DNA from: Acidimicrobiia bacterium
GTDB lineage: Bacteria; Actinomycetota; Acidimicrobiia; Spongiisociales; Spongiisociaceae
Assembly (NCBI GenBank): GCA_003229305.1
Contig: QIDH01000055.1
Span: forward strand, 3,240-67,239
Reading direction: 5' to 3'
DNA: 64,000 nt
Under the pieces are notes generated by a model that ran no database searches, had not been told where the DNA came from, and saw only the letters and a list, made by a program, of their open reading frames with translations. The position numbers and the translations under genes were made by a program. Below, one piece after another: positions 1-9,049 of this stretch. Every line of letters starts with the position of its first letter. Position 1 is the stretch's first letter.

Positions 1-464
1 CCTTCATGCGGTCGTTCCGGTTCGGGGCAATAAGCGTGGTCCCGATATTCATGACCGTGATATTGCTCTATGCATTCATGTACATCGCCGACTTCTCGAT
101 CAACCTCGTTACAGCCACCATCGGGGCCATCTCGATCGGCATCGGTATCGATTTCGCCATCCATCTGGCGATGCGCTACCGCGAAGAGTTGGCGCGCCAC
201 GGTGACAGGCTGACCGCGGTCAGCAAGGCGGGCGAAGGTACTGGGGTCGCGCTGCTGGCCTCCGCGGTGTCGAGTGCGGTCGGGTTCATCATCCTGGCGT
301 TCGCTCCCATGCCGATGTTCGCCAGCTTCGGCCTGCTGACAGCGGTGATGATCTCCCTGGCTGCAATGGCGACGCTACTGGTTCTGCCCAGCCTGCTCGT
401 CCTCGTGACCAGCGACGGTCAGGGCGTTGTGGTGGCATCGTCGCCAGGAGGGGGAGAATCGTGA
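1..464 (+). CDS. MMPL/RND-superfamily membrane transporter, C-terminal fragment (gene begins upstream of window)
   Basis: ORF 6..464 is open to the window edge. It has hydrophobic TM helices and a GIGIDFAIH-type motif typical of the last TM bundle of MMPL/SSD transporters. Confidence 0.7.
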   Translation, partial: FMRSFRFGAISVVPIFMTVILLYAFMYIADFSINLVTATIGAISIGIGIDFAIHLAMRYREELARHGDRLTAVSKAGEGTGVALLASAVSSAVGFIILAFAPMPMFASFGLLTAVMISLAAMATLLVLPSLLVLVTSDGQGVVVASSPGGGES

Positions 465-468
465 CGAA

Positions 469-855
469 CTAGCCGCGATCCAGCCATGTCTCGTGGACCC
501 GTACCCACATCAACCCGTTCGGCGCCGTTTCCGAACGCTCGAACACAACTGTGCTCGAACGTCGCCGAGGGTGATCGCCAGATACATGGGTCTCGACGTA
601 GGAGGCGACCACTGTTTCGCCACTCTCGTGCAGGAGTCGATGGTCTGAGGTCGAAATCACGAGATCTGGGCTCGCCCCTTGGCCACCTGTGACCGACTCG
701 ATTGTGCCTGCCCTGTCCACTTCGGCACCGTCCGGTCCCACGATCGTAAACTCCGTTGCCAGGACCGATTCCATCCGCTCCGTGGAGTCGGTTCTTCCCT
801 GAAACCACGCCTCGAAGAAGGCGTGCATCTCGATGATCTCATCAACCCAGTTCAC
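469..855 (-). CDS. NTF2-like / DUF4440-type small protein
   Basis: 128-aa ORF with an N-terminal FFEAWFQG pattern and a size typical of SnoaL/DUF4440 NTF2-fold proteins. Confidence 0.55.
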   Translation of the reverse strand: MNWVDEIIEMHAFFEAWFQGRTDSTERMESVLATEFTIVGPDGAEVDRAGTIESVTGGQGASPDLVISTSDHRLLHESGETVVASYVETHVSGDHPRRRSSTVVFERSETAPNGLMWVRVHETWLDRG

Positions 856-960
856 TTGGGCGATCGTAGTCCTGGTGCCGCGACTCGCAGCGTTGTGTCA
901 GCCGACTACACGCGGCGAGTTCAACGATGCGATCCAGATCTTCCGTTCGCAGTGACTTGG

Positions 961-1470
961 CTAGTTCGGTGGAGCGTCGAGGCCGTGGGCGGCGATGACC
1001 TTGTGGAGGCCGCCTGTGATGGAAAGCTGTTCGGCAGCAGTCAGGTGGGCGCTGAAATGTCTTTCGATTCCAGCTAGGTAGATGGGCGCAGCCGATCTCA
1101 GGGCGGTCGTTCCGTCTTTCGTGATCTTTGCCAGGGTCGCCCGCCCATCATCCGGGTCGGGTTGGCGGGCTACCAGGCCTTGGCGTTCGAGCTCGTCGAC
1201 GAGGCGGCTTACCCTGGTTCGAGATAGCACCACCCGCTCACCGAGGTCCTGCATTCGCAACCCGTGCTCTGCCGCCCTGAGTTCGAGCAGGACGTCGTAC
1301 CAGTTGAGCGGGATCACGCCGGCTGCCGCGAGGTCGGCTTCGATGGCCCGTAGGGCGCGGTTGTGGGCGAGCAGCATTGCACGCCAGGGTGCAACCGGGT
1401 CGAGCGGATCTGTCGGTTCGCTGTCTTGGCGTGCCACGACCACACGATACTCATTTGTGTGCATGCACAC
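961..1470 (-). CDS. MarR family transcriptional regulator
   Basis: 169-aa ORF with a winged-HTH core (LRMQDLGERVVLSRTRVSRLVDELERQGLVARQPDPDDGR). It is divergent from the yceI-like gene. Confidence 0.85.
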   Translation of the reverse strand: MCMHTNEYRVVVARQDSEPTDPLDPVAPWRAMLLAHNRALRAIEADLAAAGVIPLNWYDVLLELRAAEHGLRMQDLGERVVLSRTRVSRLVDELERQGLVARQPDPDDGRATLAKITKDGTTALRSAAPIYLAGIERHFSAHLTAAEQLSITGGLHKVIAAHGLDAPPN

Positions 1471-1514
1471 ATAACCCTAGTCTGTGCGTACGCACGTATT
1501 TATCGGAGGTCATC

Positions 1515-2083
1515 ATGACGAGTCCTGTTCGCACTATCAATGGCGTCGAGTTGCCGTCGGCAGGTACTTGGACGATCGACCCAGGACATGCCCAGGTCGG
1601 CTTTGTCGGCCGGCACTTCGGGCTCACCAAGGTCCGTGGTCGTTTCACCGGCGTTGAAGGGGCTCTGGTGATTGCCGAGGCCATCGAGGACTCCACGGTT
1701 TCTGTGGACATCGAGATGGCAACGGTCAGTACTGGGGATCAAACCCGCGACGACCACCTGCGGTCGAGCGACCTGATCGACGTCGCCGAACATCCAAACG
1801 CGAATTTTCGATCGGTCCGCCTGAACACAGAAGGGGCCACCGCCACGCTGGTTGGGGATCTGACGGTCAAGGGAGTCACCAAGCCGGTCACCCTCGATAT
1901 CGAGTACTCGGATACGCCAAGGACCCATGGGACAACGAGCGAGCCGTCTTCAGTGCGGAAGGCCAGATCAACCGTGAGGACTGGGGCCTGACCTGGAACA
2001 TGATTCTCGAGACCGGCGGGCTGCTCGTATCCAGGGAGATCCGCCTCGAGATCGAGGTAGAACTTATCCGCCAACAATCGTGA
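1515..2083 (+). pseudogene. yceI: YceI family polyisoprenoid-binding protein, interrupted by a 1-nt frameshift near 1905-1910
   Basis: ATG at 1515 follows GGAGG. The YceI motifs (TWTIDPGHAQVGFVGRHFGLTKVRGRF) run in frame 1 up to LDIEY. The conserved C-terminus (LGYAKDPWDNERAVFSAEGQINREDWGLTWN...IRLEIEVELIRQQS*) continues in the +2 frame to the TGA at 2081-2083. Total length is 569 nt, one base short of a multiple of 3. Confidence 0.75.
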
Positions 2084-2534
2084 GACTCGATGTAATCGCC
2101 CCTTCGAGGGAACGACAGGGGGCGTCCCGGTTTTTCTGGATCACATGGAAGAGGCTGGCGATGGGCTGCACTTGGATCGGCGTCGGCAGGTGGCTCGCCA
2201 GCCGCGTGATATCGCTGTAGTCAGACGTCAGGACCGCTGAGCCTCGCTGTGCTGCCGTCAGGGTGACGTGGGCGTCGACCACGTCGGACATCTCGGCCTT
2301 CGCCAGGAGTGATCCCACTTCGTGAGCCTGATCAGCGCTGAATGCGGCCACCTCGCAGCCGCGCAGGAATCGCCGCAGTTGCACTTGGCGAGCACTCCTG
2401 CTGGTTTGGGCAACAACTGGAGCGGTGGTCGTCGGTACGACTCCGAGTTCTAAGCGAATTCCATGATCCGCCCAGACTTGCCGATCGTTCCGGTCGGCCG
2501 CGACCAGTACGCCCGCGTCGTAGACCATGCTCAC
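2064..2534 (-). CDS. vapC: PIN-domain ribonuclease toxin (VapC-like)
   Basis: 156-aa ORF with an N-terminal VYDAGVLVAADRND acidic motif and a later DAHV acidic residue. Its start overlaps the upstream antitoxin stop by 4 nt. Confidence 0.7.
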   Translation of the reverse strand: MSMVYDAGVLVAADRNDRQVWADHGIRLELGVVPTTTAPVVAQTSRSARQVQLRRFLRGCEVAAFSADQAHEVGSLLAKAEMSDVVDAHVTLTAAQRGSAVLTSDYSDITRLASHLPTPIQVQPIASLFHVIQKNRDAPCRSLEGAITSSLTIVGG

Positions 2535-2800
2535 GTTGAGCGAGGTGGCTTTGTCGATGAGGCCTCCGCAGCGATACGTCGACGTGCTGCCGCTAGCTCG
2601 CTTTCGGTCAGCGAGCCGTGTTCACGCTCCCACTCAGCGACCGCTTCCAAGCCGTCGCGCAACAGCAGGGCCCTGCGGGCCGCTTCGGTCATCCAAGCGG
2701 AGACACTCATCCCGTCGGTCGCTGCGGCGATGAGGACGCCTTCGTGCACTTCGGGATCGACGGTAATTGCGAGTTTTGGCGAAGGGTTACCTCGTGGCAT
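2531..2800 (-). CDS. vapB: Ribbon-helix-helix type antitoxin (VapB-like)
   Basis: 89-aa ORF translationally coupled (4-nt overlap) to the PIN gene. It has a small charged C-terminal tail. Confidence 0.6.
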   Translation of the reverse strand: MPRGNPSPKLAITVDPEVHEGVLIAAATDGMSVSAWMTEAARRALLLRDGLEAVAEWEREHGSLTESELAAARRRIAAEASSTKPPRST

Positions 2801-2881
2801 GGCCCGAGTTTACCGCCACACAGGGGGAGAATGAAGAGGCTTGTTCGTGTCCTTCGATACGCGTTGTGGTGATTGGGATCG

Positions 2882-3379
2882 TCAGCGGCCTTTGGCAACT
2901 TCGAATTCTCGGGCTTGATCAGCCAGTACCCCGTACAAGTATTCGCCGAACGATCGTGATGCAATCAGCAGATAGGACGGCTCTGCGCCCTTGTCGTCCC
3001 TGACCACCTCGGTTGCGGTCGCTGCGACGGACGTGCGGGCTGCCGATCCGGGAGGGAACATCCGGTCATCGAAATCGAGTGCGCAGACCTTGGCCAGCAG
3101 CGCTTTCGCTTCTGAGCCTGTGATTCGGATGGCCGCCCTGACGTGAGTGAGGTCGATCGATCGTTTGTCTGGCGGTGGGTCTGCGTCGAGAAGGGTCCAC
3201 TCGTTCGGGCTGGTGGAATAGGCGAGCCCATCGCCGATTCGTTTGGCGTGACCTGTCTCGATGCCTTCGAAGCTGGCTCCGACGATTCGCGTCTTTCGGG
3301 ACGATGTCTCGTCAGAGATCCGAATGTTGGGGCCCGCCAATTCCGCTCCGACAGGGCTTGCGAACGTTGGCTCAGCCAC
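2882..3379 (-). CDS. soxG: Sarcosine oxidase subunit gamma
   Basis: 165-aa ORF, last gene of the soxBDAG order, overlapping the soxA stop by 8 nt. Its composition is SoxG-like (TLLDADPP...LAKVCALDF). Confidence 0.8.
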   Translation of the reverse strand: MAEPTFASPVGAELAGPNIRISDETSSRKTRIVGASFEGIETGHAKRIGDGLAYSTSPNEWTLLDADPPPDKRSIDLTHVRAAIRITGSEAKALLAKVCALDFDDRMFPPGSAARTSVAATATEVVRDDKGAEPSYLLIASRSFGEYLYGVLADQAREFEVAKGR

Positions 3380-6206
3380 GGAGACGCTCTCCCTGCGGAT
3401 CGAAATGGGCGTGATGCTCCATCACCGTGGCCTTGATGATCTCGCCGTCGGTCAGCCGAACGTCCACGATCGTTCCAGGATCCTTAAGATGGTCCGCAAC
3501 AACGCCAAGGCAGATCGATTTGTTCAGGGTTGGCGACATCCGGCTCGAAGTGATCCGCCCAACGATCTCCGTGCCCTCGGTGATCTGGCTTGCCTCTTTA
3601 GGCACCACTGTTGGGTCAACCGGCTGGAGAGCGACGATCCGGCTTCGCGCCCCGTCAGCCAACTGCCACTCCAGCTCCGGCTTGCCTGCGAAGTCGTCCT
3701 TGTCGAGCTTGATCGCCCAGTCGATGCCGAGGCTGAACCCCTTTGTCAGCCCATCTGTGTCTTGGCCGACGATGAAGTGACCCTTCTCCAGTCGCATGAT
3801 GCGCTGCGCCTCGACTCCGAACGGGGCCACGCCCAGGTCTTGGCCTGCCTCCATGAGGGCCTCCCACAGGTGCAGGGCGTATCCGGCCTTGACGTGCACC
3901 TCGTAGCTGAGCTCGCCGGTGAATCCGATGCGCCAGATGACGCAGTCCTCGATGCCGGCCACTGCACCCTCCCGCACCTTCATGTAGCCGAAAGTTTCCT
4001 TGTCCAGGTCGACCTCAGTGAGCCTGCTCAGCAGCTCGCGCGACTTCGGGCCGGCGATGTTGATCGAGGCGAATCCGTCGGTTACGGCGGTCATCGTCAC
4101 GTCCCATTCGGGGTGAGCGGTCTGGAGCCAGTCGTCAATCCAGTTCCACACCCCGCCTGCGCCGCCAGAGGTGGTGGTCATCAGATAACGATCCTCGCCG
4201 AGATGGCCGACTACTCCGTCGTCCATGACTACCCCATCTTCAGCACACATCACCCCGTATCGCACGGAGCCGACCGGGAGCCGCGACCACTTGTTCGTGT
4301 AGACGAAGTTGAGCAGCTTGGGCACGCCCTCGCCTCGCAGGTCGAGTTTGCCGAGCGGGCTGACGTCGATGATGCCGACGTTGTTGCGAACGTTGCGAAC
4401 CTCTCCGGCCGGATCTCCGTAGTGCTCTGGGCGGATCCACATGCCGGCGACCAGCGCAGTCGCCCCTTTCGCCACATGCCAGCGGTGCATGGGGGAGTAG
4501 CGGACCGGGTTCATCTCGGCTCCGCTCAGCGCGCCGAGGCTGGTTGGCGCGTATGGCGGCCGCCACGTGGTGGTGCCAGTGTCCGCGATCGACCGCCCGG
4601 TCGCTTCAGCATGGATGGCCACTGCATTGCCCACCTCCAACTTCCCCTGCATCGGGCCCATCGTGACCGTGGTGTATCGCTTGTTGAGCTCCATGAGGTC
4701 ATATCCCTCGTTGGCGGCCGAGATGAGATCCTTCGACTTGATGTCCTCCGAGTAGTCGACGAAGCCGTGGGTGGAGGCCCGGTACAACTCCATGTGGGCT
4801 TCCGGTTTCAGGTCAGGTACGGAGCCTTCGGCTGTATCCGCCGTCTCTGGTGGGAGGGCGGACGGCGTGAGACGCTGCCACCTCGCTCTGATCTTCATTG
4901 CTCTGGCTGCGGCGTTTGCCCCGATGGCTGACCCGTGGGCCACGAGTTGTTCGGTGGTTCCGTCGCCGACCATGCCACCTGTCACCAGCACCTCGTCCGG
5001 CAGGTCGCCAGGGAGGAATCGGGCGGCCCCTTCGCTGTAGACGGGCCTGGAGCCCGCCATATTGAGTAGCGAGGTGGGCGTGGTCCACCCGACCGAGGTG
5101 ACCAGCAAGTCCGCGTCGATTGATCGGCCCCCGACCTCGACGGTCGACAACTTGGTCCTGCCTTTGGCACGAACCAGATCGCCGCCCGCCCTGGCGTCAA
5201 CTATTTCCGCGACTTCTACGCCGGCTCCGGCCAGGTCAGCGGCCGCCGACTCTCCCTCGGTGTTGGCGGTGAACACCACAGCTCGCTCTCCGGGTTTCAC
5301 CGCGTAGAGGTTGACGAGGCGCCGGACCGCTCCTGAGACCATGACGCCTGGCAGGTCGTTGCCCTCGAATACATACGGCCGTTCGATAGTGCCCGCCGCC
5401 ACCACCAGCGTCTTGGCGCGAGCCTTGATCAGGCGCTCGCGAACGTGTCCAGGGTCACGCTGGTTGATCATGATCCAGTTGCCGTCGTAGCGGGCGCCGA
5501 CCACCGAATTGGTTAGCAGTTCGATGTTGGTATTGGCCTGCACCCTGGCACTCAGCTCGGCCAATGCAGCGAGGTCGTCGGCCGATCCGTAGCGCAGATG
5601 TCCGCCGATTGCATACTCTTCCTCGACCAGGATGACATTCGCGCCTGCCTCGGCCGCGGCGATCGCGGCGGCCATCCCGGCCGGGCCCGCACCGGCCACC
5701 ACCACGTCAGGGTGGGCGTAGCGCTTGTCATAATGATCGTCGCTCACCCGGTCGTCTATGCGGCCACCATGCGAGAACCGCCGCAGGACCCGCTGATATG
5801 CAGGCCACAGCGGTCGGGGTGAGATGAACGTCTTGTAGTAGAAACCCGGAGCCAGAAAGCGGCCGACGGCCTGATTGGCCGACTTGATGTCAAACTCGAG
5901 AGAGGGCCAGGTGTTCTGGGAAGAGACATTCATCCCGGCTTCGAGGCGGCGGTGCCCGGCCCTGACATTCGGCTCGTCGTTCACCTGGAGGATCGTGTTC
6001 GGGTCGAGATAGTTGGCCGTCAAGATGCCGCGCTTGCGGTGGTATTTCAGGCTACGTGAGAACACCTTGACTCCCGACGCCGCCATTGCCGAAACGATCG
6101 TGTCGCCCTCGTACCCGGTGAGAGGTTTGCCGTTCCAAGTGAAAGACAGTGGTGCGTTCCGGTCGATGATCTCGCCGGGCTGGGGGGGAAGGCGCATCTC
6201 GGTCAT
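3372..6206 (-). CDS. soxA: Sarcosine oxidase subunit alpha
   Basis: 944-aa ORF with an N-terminal 2Fe-2S-like fold (FTWNGKPLTGYEGDTIVSAMAASGV), an FAD/NAD dinucleotide motif (DVVVAGAGPAGMAAA) and a C-terminal GcvT-like folate-binding domain. Confidence 0.93.
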   Translation of the reverse strand: MTEMRLPPQPGEIIDRNAPLSFTWNGKPLTGYEGDTIVSAMAASGVKVFSRSLKYHRKRGILTANYLDPNTILQVNDEPNVRAGHRRLEAGMNVSSQNTWPSLEFDIKSANQAVGRFLAPGFYYKTFISPRPLWPAYQRVLRRFSHGGRIDDRVSDDHYDKRYAHPDVVVAGAGPAGMAAAIAAAEAGANVILVEEEYAIGGHLRYGSADDLAALAELSARVQANTNIELLTNSVVGARYDGNWIMINQRDPGHVRERLIKARAKTLVVAAGTIERPYVFEGNDLPGVMVSGAVRRLVNLYAVKPGERAVVFTANTEGESAAADLAGAGVEVAEIVDARAGGDLVRAKGRTKLSTVEVGGRSIDADLLVTSVGWTTPTSLLNMAGSRPVYSEGAARFLPGDLPDEVLVTGGMVGDGTTEQLVAHGSAIGANAAARAMKIRARWQRLTPSALPPETADTAEGSVPDLKPEAHMELYRASTHGFVDYSEDIKSKDLISAANEGYDLMELNKRYTTVTMGPMQGKLEVGNAVAIHAEATGRSIADTGTTTWRPPYAPTSLGALSGAEMNPVRYSPMHRWHVAKGATALVAGMWIRPEHYGDPAGEVRNVRNNVGIIDVSPLGKLDLRGEGVPKLLNFVYTNKWSRLPVGSVRYGVMCAEDGVVMDDGVVGHLGEDRYLMTTTSGGAGGVWNWIDDWLQTAHPEWDVTMTAVTDGFASINIAGPKSRELLSRLTEVDLDKETFGYMKVREGAVAGIEDCVIWRIGFTGELSYEVHVKAGYALHLWEALMEAGQDLGVAPFGVEAQRIMRLEKGHFIVGQDTDGLTKGFSLGIDWAIKLDKDDFAGKPELEWQLADGARSRIVALQPVDPTVVPKEASQITEGTEIVGRITSSRMSPTLNKSICLGVVADHLKDPGTIVDVRLTDGEIIKATVMEHHAHFDPQGERLRG

Positions 6207-6472
6207 GACACCTCGCCTACGGTCAAAACGGAGGTGATCTCATTTGTCACGGAGTGGCGTTCGATGTTCAGGAACTTGCGACAACCGCTGACGTGGAACC
6301 AGCGTTCGGTTGCGAACCCGGCGTGGTTGTCCTCCTCGTATAGGTATCGGCGCCACTCGGCCCTATCTTCGGGGGCCAAGCCTTCGATCGACGGGCGCGG
6401 CTTGATCGGTCCGGAGTAGGAGAACTCCGAGCTGTTGCGTGGCCCGCAATGCGGGCACTCGATCAATAACAT
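6203..6472 (-). CDS. soxD: Sarcosine oxidase subunit delta
   Basis: 89-aa ORF beginning MLLIECPHCGPRNSSEF (zinc-ribbon SoxD signature). It overlaps soxA by 4 nt. Confidence 0.9.
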   Translation of the reverse strand: MLLIECPHCGPRNSSEFSYSGPIKPRPSIEGLAPEDRAEWRRYLYEEDNHAGFATERWFHVSGCRKFLNIERHSVTNEITSVLTVGEVS

Positions 6473-6493
6473 AGCGTCACCAAATCCGCTCGG

Positions 6494-7828
6494 TCAATGG
6501 CCAACGGCGGCTGCCCCCTTCTCACCCGTCAGGGTGCCCTTTTCGAAACGATCGAGCTGGAAGGCTTCGATCAGTTTCGGTATTCGGCCGGTGGCGACAG
6601 CCTCTGCGGTCTGTTCACCTGCGACCGGTCCTGCCTTGAACCCGTATGTTCCCCAGCCAACATCCACGTAAAACCCGTCAACAGGCGTCGGCCCGATGAT
6701 CGGGGAGAAGTCTGGCGTCATGTCGCACAGGCCGGCCCACTGACGCAGCAGACGCAGCTTGGCAAGGCTCGGCATCAACTGGAGGACGTGGCCTGCCAGG
6801 CTCTCGATGAACTCGAGCGAGCCGCGGGTCGAGTATGAGGCGAAGGGGTCGGTGGCAGCACCGAAGACGAGTTCGCCTCTGGCGGTCTGGCTGACGTAGA
6901 CGTGTAACGACCCGGAGACGATGACTGGGTCCAGGAACGATTTGACCGGCTCGGTTACAGCGGCTTGCAGCGGCCTTGTGTGGATCGGCATCTTGACCCC
7001 AACCATGTCCGAGATGATCGAACTCCAACCGGCAGTGCAGTTGATCACGATCGGTGCCGAGACGTCTCCCCTCGACGTACGCACCCCTACGACCTTGTCG
7101 CCCTTGACGTCGATGCCGGTGACCTCTGTGTTCATGTGAAGGTGAACGCCTTGCGCGTCTGCCGATCTGGCGTACGTCCAAACCACCGCGTCGTGGCGGG
7201 CGATGCCGCCTGGCGGATGCCACAGCGCTCCGAGGATTGGATAACGAGCTTGGCCGCTGACATCCATTAGCGGGACGAGTTTCTGTATTTCTTCTGGGGT
7301 GATGACTTCGCTGTCGATGCCCTGCAACTTGTTTACCTCGGCCCGCCAGCGCATGGTCCGCAGCGAGGCGTCGCTGTGGGCCAGGGTCATGTGGCCCCGC
7401 TGTTCGAACATCACGTTGAAATTGAGATCCTGCGACAGGCGTTCGAAGAGGTGAACGGACCGGTTGTAGAAGGCCACCCCCTCTGGTGTGAGGTAGTTGG
7501 ATCGAATGATCGCCGTGTTGCGTCCTGATCCACCGCTGCCGATGTATGACTTCTCGATGACCGCAACGTTGGTGATGCCATGGTTCTGTGCCAAGTAGTG
7601 GGCGGTCGCCAGGCCATGCAGACCGCCACCGACGATCACGACGTCATAGGTCGGCGCCAAATCGTGATGGCGCCAAACCCGTGGCCAGTCTCCGCCCCTC
7701 ATCCCCTTGCGTATCAGGCTCAGGGCAGAGAACTTGCGCCCGGTTCGACCGGCTTGTTTGGCCAACGTGGGTTCTCCTTGGCGCATCGTGTGACCCCACC
7801 TCGGACGTGCGATCTGATCGTGCGACAT
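6494..7828 (-). CDS. soxB: Sarcosine oxidase subunit beta (start uncertain; alternative ATGs at 7786 or 7702)
   Basis: YDVVIVGGGLHGLATAHYLAQNHGITNVAVIEK FAD motif with a SoxB-like body. The maximal ORF is 444 aa, and 7786 has a better GGTGG upstream. Confidence 0.9.
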   Translation of the reverse strand: MSHDQIARPRWGHTMRQGEPTLAKQAGRTGRKFSALSLIRKGMRGGDWPRVWRHHDLAPTYDVVIVGGGLHGLATAHYLAQNHGITNVAVIEKSYIGSGGSGRNTAIIRSNYLTPEGVAFYNRSVHLFERLSQDLNFNVMFEQRGHMTLAHSDASLRTMRWRAEVNKLQGIDSEVITPEEIQKLVPLMDVSGQARYPILGALWHPPGGIARHDAVVWTYARSADAQGVHLHMNTEVTGIDVKGDKVVGVRTSRGDVSAPIVINCTAGWSSIISDMVGVKMPIHTRPLQAAVTEPVKSFLDPVIVSGSLHVYVSQTARGELVFGAATDPFASYSTRGSLEFIESLAGHVLQLMPSLAKLRLLRQWAGLCDMTPDFSPIIGPTPVDGFYVDVGWGTYGFKAGPVAGEQTAEAVATGRIPKLIEAFQLDRFEKGTLTGEKGAAAVGH

Positions 7829-7912
7829 CCTAGGCCCAGATCAACGAGGTGTTTCCGCTCGTCCGAGGACTCGGACGGAAATGTTGGGTCGGCGCGCGGG
7901 TAGCGTGGCCTG

Positions 7913-8311
7913 ATGGATGTCACAGGCAATATATCGAAGCCAAACCGAGTCGCCTCCGTCCGATCGGGAGGCGTGGTCGAGGTCACATTGGCAGCGCTCG
8001 TATTCGTCGGCGTGTTGGCTCAAGCGGCCCTGGCTGGGCAGCACATAGCCTTCGAGTCGTCGATCACGCTTCACGGCGTGATCGGCAACGCAGTGTTTGC
8101 CTTCCAGGCTATCTTGGTCGCAAGCGCCGTCTTCAAGAAGATGAGCAGCGAGGCGAAGCTGATTGTCGCCGCGATGTTGGTCCTGCTTGCAGCCCAGACC
8201 GGACTCGGTTATGCGGGCCGAGAGGCGGAGGGTTTGGTCGCATGGCACATTCCCCTTGGGGTCGCGTTGTTCGGCTTGGCTACATTGCAGCTGGCTCGGA
8301 TTCGCAGCTAG
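7913..8311 (+). CDS. Small integral membrane protein, unknown function
   Basis: 132-aa ORF with four predicted hydrophobic helices. Confidence 0.5.
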   Translation: MDVTGNISKPNRVASVRSGGVVEVTLAALVFVGVLAQAALAGQHIAFESSITLHGVIGNAVFAFQAILVASAVFKKMSSEAKLIVAAMLVLLAAQTGLGYAGREAEGLVAWHIPLGVALFGLATLQLARIRS

Positions 8312-8354
8312 TGCAGTCTGGTTCGGTGCCTCTTGGTCTCCTGGTGAGCAACGG

Positions 8355-8948
8355 TTGACGAAGCCGGATGAGAGTCTCGCCGATCTGTTGGTCAGGGTCC
8401 GGGCGTGCACCGTGTGCGCGGACGATCTGACGGCCGGTCCGAGACCGGTCGTGCAAGTTGGGGCTACGGCGGGGGTGGTCATCATCGGCCAGGCTCCAGG
8501 GCGCCGGGTGCACGAGAGCGGAGTGCCGTGGGACGATCCGAGCGGGGAGCGGTTGCGGTCGTGGCTTGGCGTAGATTCTGAGGCGTTCTACGACCCCGCC
8601 AGGGTTGCGCTGATCCCGATGGGCTTCTGCTACCCGGGGACGGGGCCTTCTGGTGATCTCCCGCCCAGACCCGAATGTGCGCCGCTGTGGCATGAACCGC
8701 TGCTCGGCCACCTTGGCGACGGGGTGGTGAAGGTGATCATTGGAGCGTATGCCCAGAAGCGATACGTCCCAGACCGAAAAAAGTCGCTGACCGAGACGGT
8801 ACGCGCCTGGCAGGACTACGCGCCCGACACGTTCGTATTGCCCCATCCGTCACCACGGAACCAGCGGTGGTTCAAGCAGAACCCCTGGTTCGACACAGAA
8901 GTCATCCCGGCCCTGAGGAGCCGCATCAATTCCATGCTCGGGAACTGA
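8355..8948 (+). CDS. Uracil-DNA glycosylase superfamily protein (start uncertain; TTG at 8355 proposed)
   Basis: GQAPG motif followed by HESGVPWDDPSGERLRSWLG and a C-terminal LPHPSPRN motif, both typical of UDG-superfamily members. The upstream part of ORF 8163..8948 overlaps the preceding gene and lacks an ATG. Confidence 0.75.
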   Translation: MTKPDESLADLLVRVRACTVCADDLTAGPRPVVQVGATAGVVIIGQAPGRRVHESGVPWDDPSGERLRSWLGVDSEAFYDPARVALIPMGFCYPGTGPSGDLPPRPECAPLWHEPLLGHLGDGVVKVIIGAYAQKRYVPDRKKSLTETVRAWQDYAPDTFVLPHPSPRNQRWFKQNPWFDTEVIPALRSRINSMLGN

Positions 8949-9049
8949 ATCGGGGGGCGTTGACGTCACAGGTGAGTGTGTTCAGGCCTGGGGATTCTGC
9001 GCCGATCATTGCGTTCGACGAGTCTGGGCCGACGTAGGACGAGGGGCCT

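Noticed and set aside
3261-4931. 556-aa plus-strand ORF
   Set aside because: It lies entirely antisense to soxA, which has unmistakable homology. The composition is Arg/Gly/Pro/His-rich with no motifs, a typical high-GC shadow ORF.
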